Assembly: GCA_951406725.2 (NCBI GenBank)
Contig: OX597818.1
Coordinates: forward strand, 123,008,001-123,072,000
From: Octopus vulgaris
Lineage: Eukaryota
DNA: 64,000 nucleotides
Direction of reading: 5' to 3'
Part shown: one piece after another, positions 1 to 11,941 of the stretch
Layout of the letters: each line of letters opens with the position of its first letter
How positions within the stretch are numbered: position 1 is the first letter of the stretch
Position numbers and translations under genes: made by a program
The notes under the pieces: generated by a model
The model's input: only the letters and a program-made list of their open reading frames with translations
What the model was told of the DNA's origin: nothing
Databases searched by the model: none

Positions 1-52
1 GGATGAATGTCTCGGATCGACGCTGTCACCACCTTTGATGAGATATCATAAG

Positions 53-53
<1 letters not shown>

Positions 54-120
<67 letters not shown>
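54..120. repeat. (TA)n microsatellite, representative of dozens of TA/CA/GATA/TATG arrays (e.g. 13946-14108, 28242-28386, 34346-34472, 41406-41458 (ATGAT)n, 62599-62720)
   Basis: Directly visible simple repeats. Confidence 0.98.
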
Positions 121-123
<3 letters not shown>

Positions 124-1328
124 AGGAATACAAATTTTAATCCAGGCAGATACCCTGTTAAAATATCGATATGTTTGGCCTTTCGCCGGTCAAGAAGGGG
201 CCGAGGAAGTACAAAAGGAAGAATCTAGTGACAGTGAAAAAGAGGAAGAAGAAAGTAGTGAGAAAGACAGATTAAGGAATCTGAGAACTAGGAGAGAGAA
301 TGACGGTGACAGCGTCGATAAAGATAGGCAGATAGGGCCAAGCGCCAATAGAGAGAATATTAGCAGTGCTAGGGGAGATTGAGGGTGGTGAGAGAGCAAG
401 AGGTTTTGGACAGTCGGTATTCAGTCGTCAAAGCGAGCGGTTGGGATTTTAGGAGCGAGGATTTGGGAATTCGGGGCAAGAGTTTGGCAAGTTGGAGCTA
501 GCAGTACTGAGAGAGATGAGGTGCAATATGAGGCGTTGGCTAATGTAAGGTACGTGAATTGTGTATTGATATGTGAAGAAAAAGAAGGAAAAGGAATCGA
601 TGTATCGAAATGTTGAAAAGAAATGAGACAGTAAAAAGAAATTTAATGAAGAATGTGAATTGAGTAAAGGACTTGTTGATGTGTCGATTATCGAGTTGTG
701 GTATTTATGTTCAGAATTGTGTTGATACATGTTACAAAAGAAAGTAGAAAAAGACTTTAAAGAACTGTGAACGTTATTTGTTTCATTGGATTTGAACATT
801 GATTTGTAACGTGAATTATTTGTGACATGAACATTGTATACCTGTTTCTTGCATGTGTTTTCTTTAATTGCTGTTGTTATTGAACTTGATGTGTCGTTAC
901 CGGACGGTTATATTGTATCTGCATGTTGTTAAATGCTTTGAACTGCGGTATACCTGTATGATGTATTGAGTTGTTACTTGCATGTCCTCTTTTAAATGTA
1001 CCTGATATGTATTTGATGTTGTAACAATTGATTGTCATATAAACTAGTTGTTAAATGTAAGCCAGTTGCCTTGCCTCTTGTGTGTCTCTCGATTGCCTCT
1101 GTGCTGCTGCTGCTGTTGTTGTTGTATCTGTCTCTCCTCTCCGACGAGTTTCCGTGGCGAAAACATTCGCTGCATCGAACGGGCCTGTGTGAGGGATTCC
1201 GTAACAGTTTTCGGAGGTCCCCCCTCGTAACAGTATATTAGGACATAATAAAGAATATAGTATTATATAACTAAATTTTTCACCATATATGTCGTAAAAT
1301 TTTAATTCTGCTTTCCCTAGTATATCTT

Positions 1329-1384
<56 letters not shown>

Positions 1385-3288
1385 TGTGTGTATGTGTGTG
1401 TGTGTTCAGTCTTTCAGTATAAGTAATTTGATTCGTCAGGTATTGCTCACTAATTGCAAATACCGTGGTGTGAGATCGCATCGGGAACATTTCAACCATG
1501 TCAAACAACACGTTCTTTAGAGAAGTATGATCTACGACACAATTGTTCATAAGTGCTTGATATAAAATCAACAAAAATAGAAATTCGAAGTCGGTTTCTA
1601 CAAGTTCAGGCCACAATCTGAAGTTCTGTTATAACGTTGAAACTTGAAATTTGATTGGTTGACTTTTTCCGTCTCACACCTTAACACCCTCCTCACCACC
1701 AGAAACCATCTGAATCTTGAGAAGGCCTTGTTGTAATTAAGACATGCTTTATTGCAAATATTTGGAGCCGTCTCTGGTCTGAAGGATTACTCAAACCTTC
1801 GTATCAAATACTCACAGATCCTTGCAAAATATCAAGGAATTTTATTTCCTCCTCTGAAGAATTCATGGAAAGATTTTACTGGCGTTAAAAATTGCCTTTT
1901 CAGGCATTGAATGCCACGATTTTACATTGTCTTTCTTTAAAATATAACGGAATTATTTCAAGTGAACAGAGGATGTTTTGACCTTTTTTTGTTTTTGCTA
2001 GGGTAGCTGTTATGGATGCTATAGTTGTAGCTGTTTTGTGTTTATTACTTTCGTTTGGCTCAAAATATATTTCAGCTGTGATAATCCCATTTAATACCAC
2101 GCATACTTACTCTAATGTGACTTCTTTGACTAAAATAGTTGGATTTTATTTCAGGTAAGATACATTTTACTTCCATTGCTAGCAATTTAGACGATCAAGT
2201 AGAGAATCACATCTGTATTAGATCCGTACTAAATATATACGAAATCCTTGTCCTTATTTGATTTAAAAGAACATTCAATATTGACAATATCACTAGATTC
2301 TGAGCTCAAATTCCTGCGAGATCAAATTTACTTTTTATCATTCCACAACCGATAAAAATCAACTACCTGTCACGTTTGGATACCGATCCGATCTACAGTA
2401 CCCTTCCAGCAACTTTGAGCCATTGTCCTCATGCTAGAAATCAACAATAGACTTCACTCATAACGTTAATCTTCATGGGAAAGGCATGCACGTTCAAATA
2501 TTTTTCTTTTTCTTACAAAAGAAAAGTTTTCTCTTCTTCCTAACCTATCAATAATATTGTTGATTTTTTTTCCCCATATCATCTTATTTCAATACATTTT
2601 GTCAATTTTACCACAATCTTGATCGTTTCTGAATGCGTTGGATTCATTTCTGTTTCTAACATGCAAGAGAAAAATCAATAGTCCTTCATAATAAAATTCT
2701 GAATGGTGTTTCTATATTCCCGCCAAAAGCAGATGACATTTTAATGGGAGAGAATAGCTTTCTTTGGTTGTTTTGTTATTATTATTTTCATTGAATACCG
2801 AAGGGGAATGAGAGACAATTTTTGCACAAATAATAATTCGTACTGTATGAAACCATGACACCTTTAAAAATAATATGAATATTCTTCATTCAGTTATCAT
2901 GACATTTTTGCCATTGTTCGCAAACTTCGACGAGGATAATAAGGAGAGAGAGAGAGAGAGGTGTGGATGTAGAAGAAGATTGGCGAGAGAGGACCTGGAA
3001 GAGATGGTAGAGGGGAGAATATGGCGGAGGGAAGTATGGAGATGAGGGGGAATGGAAAAGAAGATTTGATAGTGATGATGATGATGATCATGTTAATGAT
3101 AAAGATGATGATAAACAAGACTATGATGATGATATCAATGGGGAAGAGTAGGATGACAATGGTCGAGATTATCACGTCAATAGCAATACATGTTTTGATA
3201 GTGAGATGTAGTATGTCTACTTGATGATGATGATAAGGAGGGAGAGGACGAGATAGGTGGAAGATAGGTGAAGGATAGAGACAAGGGC

Positions 3289-3320
<32 letters not shown>

Positions 3321-3933
3321 GGTGGGGGATGTGAAGTGAGGTAGGGATGTGAAAGACAGACGATATTGAAGGCGATGATGCTGACAAAGCTAAGGATGAT
3401 AATTGGTAGTAAAAGGGCAGAAGGGGGGGGCAACTGACAGCGAACCTATCCCTGTTATACTTCTTTTATTCTTGTTTTTTTTTTTATGAAGGGATATGCA
3501 ACACATCCCTACGTGAACAGTGAGTCATAGACGAAGGCACTAGTGGTGGGCATGGGGAGAAGCAACCTGGTACAAATGGAAGTCAAAATTTCATCATCTC
3601 ACTGCAGCAAACTTTGAAAAGAGACATTAGATTCGCTATTTTCCGGCCTTCCAACGCTTTGTTAGCGAGTTTACTAGACGAAAACTATGTGGGTGTCCGC
3701 TGCATATGTGTGTGTGTGTGTATGTGTGTGTGTTTGTGTGTGTGTGTGTGTTTGTGTGTGTGTATGTTTGTGTGTGTGTATGTTTGTGTGTGTGTGTGTG
3801 AGAGTGGTGGGGAGGAGAGAGAAAGTCCTTGTCTTGTAAACTAGCGGTTCAGCAAAAAGACCGATTATTGAAGCTGATTTGTGTGAAGTCGATTTGTTGC
3901 CCCAGTATTGTCATATATATATATATATATATA

Positions 3934-4344
3934 TATATTGTATAGAGGGCATTATTACACATAAATGCCTCACACTGAGAGGGACAAAGTCATTACTACC
4001 AAAATTATACTAATCATACCTAAATGCAGTTTTTCAAAGCAAGACATTTAAAAAATGAATTTAGTTCTGTATCACCGTGATTTCACATTCAACTTACGTC
4101 TTATGATCATCAGCAGAACTGTGGTAGTTTATTTATGATGTGTTCAGAATCAGAATCAGTTCTGCTGATGATCATAAGACGTAAGTTGAATGTGAAATCA
4201 CGGTGATACAGAACTAAATCCATTTTTTAAATGTCTTGCTTTGAAAAATTGCATTTAGGTATGATTAGTATAATTTTGGTAGTAATGACTTTGTCCCTCT
4301 TAGTGTGAGGCATTTATGTGTAATAATGCCCTCTATACAATATA
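3934..4344. repeat. Long inverted repeat (arms ~3934-4121 and ~4157-4344), probable inverted Penelope-like pseudo-LTR pair
   Basis: Arms are reverse complements with only a few mismatches; 35-bp spacer; each arm carries a hammerhead motif. Confidence 0.9.
4158..4215 (+). ncRNA. Type I hammerhead ribozyme motif (mirror copy on minus strand at 4063-4120)
   Basis: Stem I AGTTCTG/CAGAACT, core CTGATGA 4165-4171, weak stem II (CAT/ATG, T.T at base), GAAA 4194-4197, stem III TCAC-G-GTGA, AUA cleavage triplet. Confidence 0.8.
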
Positions 4345-4467
4345 GATATAATTAATTTGTTCAAAAGAAAAAATTATTTTCGAATTCTTTTCTTTTATGA
4401 GGTTTTCACGCTAACTACCCGATAATTTCTTGTTAAGATCCCTTATTAAGAGGTTATCCTTAATTGT

Positions 4468-4517
<50 letters not shown>

Positions 4518-4518
<1 letters not shown>

Positions 4519-4930
4519 TCTTTCTCTTTTACTCTTTTACTTGTTTCAGTCATTTGACTGCGGCCATGCTGGAGCACCGCCTTTAGTCGAGCAAATCGAC
4601 CCCGGGACTTATTCTTTGTAAGCTGAGTACTTATTCTATCTGTCTCTTTTGCCGAACCGCTAAGTAACGGGGACGCAAACACACCAGCATCGGTTGTCAA
4701 GCAATGCTAAGGGGACAAACACAAACACACAATCACACACATACATATACATATATATACATATATACGACAGGCTTCTTTCAGTTTCCGTCTACCAAAT
4801 CCACTCACAAGGCTTTGGTCGGCCCGAGGCTATAGTAGAAGACAGTTGCCCAAGATGCCACGCAGTGGGACTGAATCCGGAACCATGCGGTTGGTAAACA
4901 AGCTACTTACCACACAGCCACTCCTGCGCT
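4518..4930 (-). mobile_element. tRNA-derived SINE family S2 (further copies or fragments near 9860-10050, 13813-13940, 17462-17890, 18237-18870, 19190-19380, 24963-25090, 38656-38823, 40285-40465)
   Basis: A/B-box-like head (tggctgtgtggtaag...ggttcagtccc), cttgggcaa central motif, internal microsatellite, gtaaaagag tail; many similar copies in window. Confidence 0.85.
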
Positions 4931-4944
4931 ATATATATATATAC

Positions 4945-5016
<72 letters not shown>

Positions 5017-5446
5017 CTTGCTGGATTTGATATTATGGCAGTGAGAGAGAGAGACAGAGAGACGAACAGAAAGATAATCTATGTACTTCGGGGGAGAGAA
5101 TCAATTTTCTTTTTTGTAGTTTTTAAATTAGAAAGTTGTTTGTGTTTCTCTTGGTCAAAGAAAATGAAAGAAAGCGCCTCCAATTCGTATTATACGGTTC
5201 CCTATTGTTACCAGAATATTCAGGTAGTGAACTTATTTCGTTTTTTTTTTTCAAGATATCAAATTTACTTTTCTCGTTTTTGTGTTACCTTTAAATTAGT
5301 CCATCTTAAGTCTGATTGGGAGATGCTGAGAGAGAAAGCATTCTTTTCATGTGTAGTTTATAATGTTGCTTCTCTCCGTATATTTTTGTCTAGTGTAATC
5401 GCCCTGCATTACGGCCTTCTGTGTAGCCACATGTATATGTTTCTGT

Positions 5447-5832
5447 GGAGGCGCAATGGCCCAGTGGTTAGGGCAGCGGACTCGCGGTCATAGGATCGCG
5501 GTTTCGATTCCCAGACCGGGCGTTGTGAGTGTTTATTGAGCGAAAAACAAACACCTAAAGCTCCACGAGGCTCCGGCAGGGATGGTGGTGATCCCTGCTG
5601 TACTCTTTCACCACAACTTTCTCTCACTCTTATTTCCTGTTTCTGTTGTACCTGTATTTCAAAGGGCCGGCCTTGTCACTCTCTGTGTCACGCTGAATAT
5701 CCCCGAGAACTACGTTAAGGGTACACGTGTCTGTGGAGTGCTCAGCCACTTACACGTTAATTTCACGAGCAGGCTGTTCCGTTGATTCGGATCAACCGGA
5801 ACCCTCGTCGTCGTAACCGACGGAGTGCTTCC
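5447..5832 (+). mobile_element. tRNA-Arg(TCG)-derived SINE, OR-like family S1, tail type A
   Basis: Head ggaggcgcaatggcccagtggttagggcagcggacTCGcggtc...gtttcgattccc; near-TSD atatgtttctgt/atatatttctgt; near-identical copies at 12351, 17009, 18917. Confidence 0.9.
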
Positions 5833-6076
5833 ATATATTTCTGTAACAGGCTAACACAGTCTCTATGGTTGTCTTTATTGGGTTCAAATTCTGAGCTTCG
5901 TGGCTTGCTTTTTCTTTTGCTTCATCCTTCAAAATGAATTCGGGTTATACCCTTCTATATTTTCATCTTACCTTGTCTCTCAGGCCAACTGTTCCAGTGG
6001 TTAGGAGCCGAAACGCAGACATCGTTTTGTATTCACGTGTTTGTTGCTTGCTGGACGTGGTATTATGGCAGTGAGA

Positions 6077-6114
<38 letters not shown>

Positions 6115-7216
6115 AGAATGTTTGTACTTTAGGGGAGAGCATCACTTCTTTATCCTAGAATTTTGTTGAAAAATTCTTTTTGTCTCGGTGGCAGGAAAGG
6201 ATAACTCAGTAAGGTTTATGGGAAAACAAACACAAACAAATAACGTTTAATTAAAACATTGCAAAACCTCAACGAGAGCTCTATTAGTTGCACGCAACAC
6301 ATTTAAACGATGAACTGTTGAAGTTGTAAAGATGATTTATGGACACCGTGTATATATGAGTGTGTATATGTGTAAATGTGTGTGTCTGATTTGTACACAT
6401 GAGTGCCAGTGTGGTAAGATTGCTTCCCAAACATGTGGATTTGGGTTCATTCCCTCTGCATGGCACCTTGGGAAAGTGTATTCTACATAGGAAGGTAATA
6501 GGAGCTCGCTCCACTGCTTGCAATATACATCATTGATAACCAGCTGGAAGAGTCTCCCGCTGGGATTAAAACGGTAGCAACATCGGTTCTTACGGAACAG
6601 TCATATTGATGTGTCGCTAAGCATTACTTCTCAGTACAGTTACTACCCTTCATCTCTTATAGAGACATTCTAACAAGCTACCTTGCTTATTGCGTTTGAC
6701 TAAGGTATCTTCGGCCTGGTAAATAGCTAGCTGAGTACCTCTCATTTGAACAATTACTGCTTTCGAAGTTCTGCTAGCTGGATTTTATCCATTCTATTCC
6801 CTAAATATGAAATTTTATTTGCATACATAACAATCCTACTTGCTAACTGTGAACTATAATATAACTTTTTCAGCTTATTGAGCTTCGATATAGGAAAAAT
6901 TTACAACCTTCTACGTCAATAAACTACTATTGTTCCTGAAAGTTGTTTTCTTTTTAATACTTTCTTCGGATTTCTCGAAGCTTACTACTTTCCTACACCT
7001 TGACCCTTAAATTTTAACTTTATTCGTACATATAAAATTGCGAAGACTGTATATGGACGAGCTGATGAGAGATTCTGTGTGATTGAATAACCTGCTACAA
7101 ATAGTAACTTAATTTTTTTTTATGTACTACCCTTTTGTCCTTCAGAATTCCAAGATGTTTTCGATAACATATGACCTGTATGACCTGTGAAAGTAAGGCG
7201 GGATTGTCACATTATT

Positions 7217-7318
7217 GAAGAAGAAGAAGAAGAAGAAGAAGAAGAAGAAGAAGAAGAAGAAGAAGAAGAAGAAGAAGAAGAAGAAGAAGAAGAAGAAGAA
7301 GAAGAAGAAGAAGAAGAA
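7217..7318 (+). repeat. (GAA)n trinucleotide tract; complementary (TTC)n tract at ~7967-8023
   Basis: Direct reading. Confidence 0.97.
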
Positions 7319-7355
7319 CGGTTTTAATGAGCATTATTTAAATTAATTACATTAG

Positions 7356-7518
7356 TTACATTTGACGGATATTTGTCCTCATCTTGTTTGTTGTTAACAC
7401 AAAATTTCGGCTGATATACCCTCCAGGCTTCATCAGGTGTCTTGGGGGAAATTTCGAACCTGGGTTCTCTTTCTTAAGGTATGTTTCGATGTTGTTGTTA
7501 TTATAATTATTATATTTA

Positions 7519-7560
<42 letters not shown>

Positions 7561-7631
7561 TCACTTCTTGGAATCGAACTCGGAATCTTGGGGTTAGTAG
7601 CCCACACTCTTAACCACTACACCATATGCCC
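7356..7631 (-). mobile_element. tRNA-headed SINE S4 with internal (AAT)n and 3' hammerhead motif, copy 1
   Basis: Minus strand reads gggcatatggtgtagtggttaagag...gagttcgattcc (A and B boxes), then (AAT)n, then HHR at 7396-7441 with mutated stem III. Confidence 0.8.
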
Positions 7632-7632
7632 A

Positions 7633-7710
7633 TAGTGGTTAAGAGCGCGGGCTACTAACCCCAAAATTCCGAGTTCGATTCCAAGTAGTGACCTGAAAAA
7701 TAATAATAAT

Positions 7711-7766
<56 letters not shown>

Positions 7767-7950
7767 TAATAATAATAACATCGAAAAATACCTTAGGAAT
7801 TAGAATCCAGGTTCGAAATTTCCCCAAGACACCTGATGAATGCTGGAGGATATATCAGCCGAAACGTTGTGTTAACAAGATGAGGACAAATATCCGTCAA
7901 ATGTAAATAGTGTAAATAATGCACATAATTCCTCATCTCTTAAATATAGA
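7633..7950 (+). mobile_element. SINE S4 copy 2, head-to-head with copy 1
   Basis: Reverse complement of 7356-7620, lacking ~12 nt of the head. Confidence 0.8.
7828..7873 (+). ncRNA. Minimal type I hammerhead ribozyme motif
   Basis: GACAC-CTGATGA-A-TGCTG..CAGCC-GAAA-CG-TT-GTGTT; palindromic AACGTT stem III. Confidence 0.75.
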
Positions 7951-7965
7951 ACGGTTAGCTCCAAC

Positions 7966-7996
<31 letters not shown>

Positions 7997-8184
7997 CTTC
8001 TTCTTCTTCTTCTTCTTCTTCTTCTACTTCCTCATCCTCCCCCTCCGCTTCTTCATCCCCTCCTCATTCTTCCATTTCTTCTATTGATTTGTAGCATGAA
8101 TGATGATGGACTTGTTCTACCAACCCCTTAATTATATGATTAATGAGCATGTGTGTACGTTAATTTGTGTGTAGTTGTATAATG

Positions 8185-8222
<38 letters not shown>

Positions 8223-9121
8223 TGAGACAGTGTCCTATTACTTTACCCTTCAAATGTAATAATAGCTAGGTGTCAATGCTCCACGCACTGCGACCGTAAC
8301 AAGTTATGGTACAATCGGTCTTTGCTTTACATCAAAACCAGTCCTTAAAGTAAAAAAGTGGGGTGGGGTCGTTCAGGATTCTCAGAAGAACGTAATATAC
8401 ATTCAACTCATTGGAATTTCTATTCAGAACAGAAATATTCGCGACTAAATAACGCAAAGCACTTTCTCCCACGCTCTAGCAAATCCTAACAAAAGTGCTG
8501 ACTTTCAGAGATAACCTATGGCTACAAAATAACAAAAATAAGAGCAATAACAACGTGGAGGATAAATATCGAAGCTAGGAAAGAAAGATGAGGGTGAACG
8601 AACGAAATAGAGCTGTTTCTACGAAATTACACGATCTACACTCTATGTAATAGACATATATATATTGAGGCATTCCGTAATGAAAGTGGCAAGATAATGG
8701 ATACAGCCTGAATAATTTAGAGGTAGCAATACAAATGTAACAAATAATTAGGATAATTACAGTAATTATGGCAACGATTCCATCGGAGATGAGAGTGATA
8801 GTTGAATGATGGTGTTTATTTAATGCATACACCCAGTGCAGAGAACCCAGCCACACAAAGGGCTTGCACTTCATAACTCTCTAAATAAGACAACAGCATT
8901 TTCTCCAATGACAATATTTATGCGTGCAGGAAAACACGCCGTCATGCGTAAGCACACACACACAATGTATACGGTGTGTGTGTATGTATGTATATATACA
9001 TACGCACACACACATACACACACATGTTACTAGCTTACTTTAGGCACACATTGAGTGCTTTATTCACTATTCATTGTATCTGTGTATTTAAAATGTTTTA
9101 AATGTGTATATGTATGTACAG

Positions 9122-9167
<46 letters not shown>

Positions 9168-9434
9168 GTCTGTCTGTCTGCCAGTTTGTCTGTCTGTCTG
9201 TCTATCTATATCTACCTATCTATCTGTCTATCTGTCTGTCTGTTTGTCTAGCGTCAGTGAGAATGCCTCACAATATTTTATTTTTTTCCAGCTTTCTGCA
9301 CTCTGAGTTCAAATCCCACGTAAGTCAATTCTACCTTGCATTCTTTTTTTTCTTTCGAGTCAATACAAAAAGTGCCACTTGAGAGCAATGGATGCTAGAA
9401 CTGTGGAATCCTTTGGAATAGAAATAGAAAAAGT

Positions 9435-9470
9435 GTTTTACGTTTCGAGCCTATGCTCTTCGACAGAAAG
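9435..9470 (-). ncRNA. Degenerate minimal hammerhead motif
   Basis: Minus strand: CTTT-CTGTCGA-A-GAGC-ATAG-GCTC-GAAA-CG-TA-AAAC (core A6 changed to T). Confidence 0.55.
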
Positions 9471-9544
9471 ATACACAGAAAAAAAACAAGGAGAGAAACA
9501 AGGAGAGAAAAAAATGCGTGTAGGAGCTAACGATCTATCATGGC

Positions 9545-9620
<76 letters not shown>

Positions 9621-10218
9621 CGGGAAGCTTTATGAAAATAAACAAAAGACGAAGGCAGGTGGAAAACAAACGAACAATTGTATTAGTATGGCGCTCAGGA
9701 AATATAAATAAAACAGTAAAGGTTATTAGCCAACCTAATGTGGCTAATATATATATATGGATCAGACAGTCTGATTCAAACTCTTTGGTATTCTGAGTTT
9801 GAAGCGTATCGCTAGTCGTCGGTTGTGTGTGTGTGCGCGTGTGTATGTATGTGTGTGTGTGTGTGTGTTTATGCCTGTGTCTGTCTCTCACTACCGCATG
9901 GCAGTCAGTGTAGGTGTGTTTACGTCCCCGTAACTTCAGTAAAAGCGACTGATGGAATAAGTACCAGACTTTAAATAGAATGCTAGAACTGTCGATTTGT
10001 TCGACTAAAACCATTCAAAGTTGTGGCCCAGCATAGACACAGTCAGATGACTGAAACAAGTCAAAGGTAAAGATGTAATCTAAATAATATAATTAATAAA
10101 CACTTAATTACTTCGGACAGAACGTATTCAACGAAGATCGAAAAGAATTATAGTTGAAATGAGAAAATTCCAAATCAAATGAATATATAAAAACTACATT
10201 TCTTCATGTTATTCATTA

Positions 10219-10584
10219 CTAGCAGTATCGCCCGGTGTTGCTCGGGTTTGTAAGGGAAATAACTATATAAGCATTTTTAGAGAGTTATAGCCAAAAAATA
10301 GCCAAAAAATTCATTAAAAATGGAAAAATATGATGGTAATTTTTTTTTTTAAATCCTTGACTCATCGTAGACATTTTTAGAGAGTTACTTCCCTTATATA
10401 ATAGCGAAAAAATGCATTAAAATCGTAGACTCATCGTAGACGTGCGCTAATACCCAGAAGAGCTCAATATGAATCACGACTATAAGATACCCGGTTTTGG
10501 TTAAACTGCACCGCAAAATGTGAGAGTAGTTAGGAATCTAAATCGTAGGAGACAGACACACAACTTGACTTTTATATATAAAGA
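10219..10584 (-). mobile_element. Non-autonomous Helitron, family A
   Basis: Minus strand A|TC start (tctttatatataaaag), subterminal GC hairpin cccgagcaacaccggg, CTAG|T end, no TSD. Confidence 0.85.
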
Positions 10585-10731
10585 TTTCAGAAAAGCAAGA
10601 AAATGTTTCCGATACGACTTACGAGATTTATGATACCTAAAAAATAATTAATTTAGTAAAAGAGTAATAAATGTTTTACTGGTGAGATATAGAGTCACGT
10701 GAACATTACGGACCGTCGTAATTCGTACTTT

Positions 10732-11135
10732 GGATATTTTCGGTTTGAACTGCAGTTTTTAATATAATTTCTAGGTAACTAAAAAATTTTAAATTTCTTA
10801 TACTGGTGGAATGTGTTATAAAACATCTTTTTCTCTTGGCTTTATTGAGAAAATTCTATAGTTTGTAAGATATTTGTTGGGTTTTTTATCTGCAATTTTC
10901 TGAAATTTCAACCAATCACAGTCTATTGAGGTAAACAACATTCTGTGCCGTATGAATATGTCCCTCGTTTAAGAAACAGACTGGGTTTATTTACATTTCT
11001 GAAGAAAAAAAGATACCCCCCCTCTACCCTAAAATAGATTGAAATGCAATAAGATCGATACCAGGGTCATAATTATGGGTGGCAATTTCATATGACACCG
11101 CTAGAAAAAAACTGCCGTTCAAACCGAAAATATCC
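10732..11135. mobile_element. MITE with ~29-bp TIRs, Merlin-like
   Basis: TIR ggatattttcggtttgaactgcagttttt / aaaaactgccgttcaaaccgaaaatatcc; 8-bp near-TSD cgtacttt/cgtaattt; GG..CC termini; superfamily is inferred. Confidence 0.75.
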
Positions 11136-11336
11136 CGTAATTTTCATTCACGGTTATTATCAAATCAACACAATTACAGATTACGCTTAGGATAATATCA
11201 TTTAAAAAAAAATAGAAATATTAAAATTCTCAGATTGAAAGGATTAAATAAAACAACTACTACGAAATAAAATAAAAGATATTACAAAATATGGAAGAAC
11301 TAATTAAATACAGCTATATAAGTGTAAGTATAAATC

Positions 11337-11356
11337 AGTCACTATGCTAAATAGAA
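11337..11356 (+). promoter_or_regulatory. Candidate snRNA proximal sequence element (PSE)
   Basis: TCACTATGCTAAATAG about 52 bp upstream of U2 +1; position and TCAC start fit metazoan PSEs; the mollusc consensus is not known to me. Confidence 0.35.
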
Positions 11357-11390
11357 ATAGGTATAATATTTCTAAGCTAGGGTAAAAATT

Positions 11391-11581
11391 ATCGCTTCTC
11401 GGCCTTTTGGCTCAGATCAAAGTGTAGTATCTGTTCTTATCAGCTTAATATCTGATACGGTCCCTATTTGGGACCATCGATATTAAACTGATTTTTAGAA
11501 CGAGGCGAAGAGTAAGGGGCTTGCTCCGCCTTTGCCACGGGTTGACCTGGTATAGCAGTACTTCCAGGATTCAGCCCATCT
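11391..11581 (+). ncRNA. U2: U2 spliceosomal snRNA, full length, variant
   Basis: ATCGCTTCTCGGCCTTTTGGCT.AGATCAAAGTGTAGTATCTGTTCTTATCAG 5' end with branch-point recognition GTAGTA, stems IIa/IIb, Sm-like site ATTTTTAG, stem-loops III and IV; 3'-box-like attaaaaacagac at ~11604-11616. Confidence 0.96.
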
Positions 11582-11941
11582 CCCACCCGGGAGATATAAA
11601 CAAATTAAAAACAGACTTAATATCCTGACAGCCCTTCTACCACCTTCCAGGAAGGGATCAGACATGCATTCTATGATGTCCGCTGCCGTTATTTTTATTT
11701 AATCTTAGATGTAATTACATACATCCACATCTTCTGCTCTCCACCCATTGTTTGCCTTGTTTTCCTCATGCAAATAATATCCTGGAAGCTTTTCGTCTTC
11801 CGTTTTTAATACAAGGCTTGTGGTTTTGACTGCTATTTCTAATCACTCCGGTCTGTCATAGTAAGTATAAATTGCAAAGCAACAGTTAGTTACTGCAAGA
11901 TAGAAAGCCACCTTTATAATTTGTTTTTTAATTATAAAATA

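Noticed and set aside
121-1260. Possible PLE N-terminal ORF remnant or ribozyme near 1130-1230
   Set aside because: Only a weak GLKF-like string and a partial GAAA-CTCG-TC motif; insufficient
2140-2165. Splice-donor-like CAG|GTAAGA
   Set aside because: No convincing upstream exon or ORF; such motifs occur by chance
5447-5520. SINE heads as bona fide tRNA genes (also 7560-7700, 16294)
   Set aside because: No proper acceptor stem; they continue into multicopy SINE bodies, some with TSDs
6541-6580. CTGGAAGA-GTCTC..GGGAT-TAAAACGGTA HHR-like string
   Set aside because: Both core halves deviate and stem I is only 2 bp
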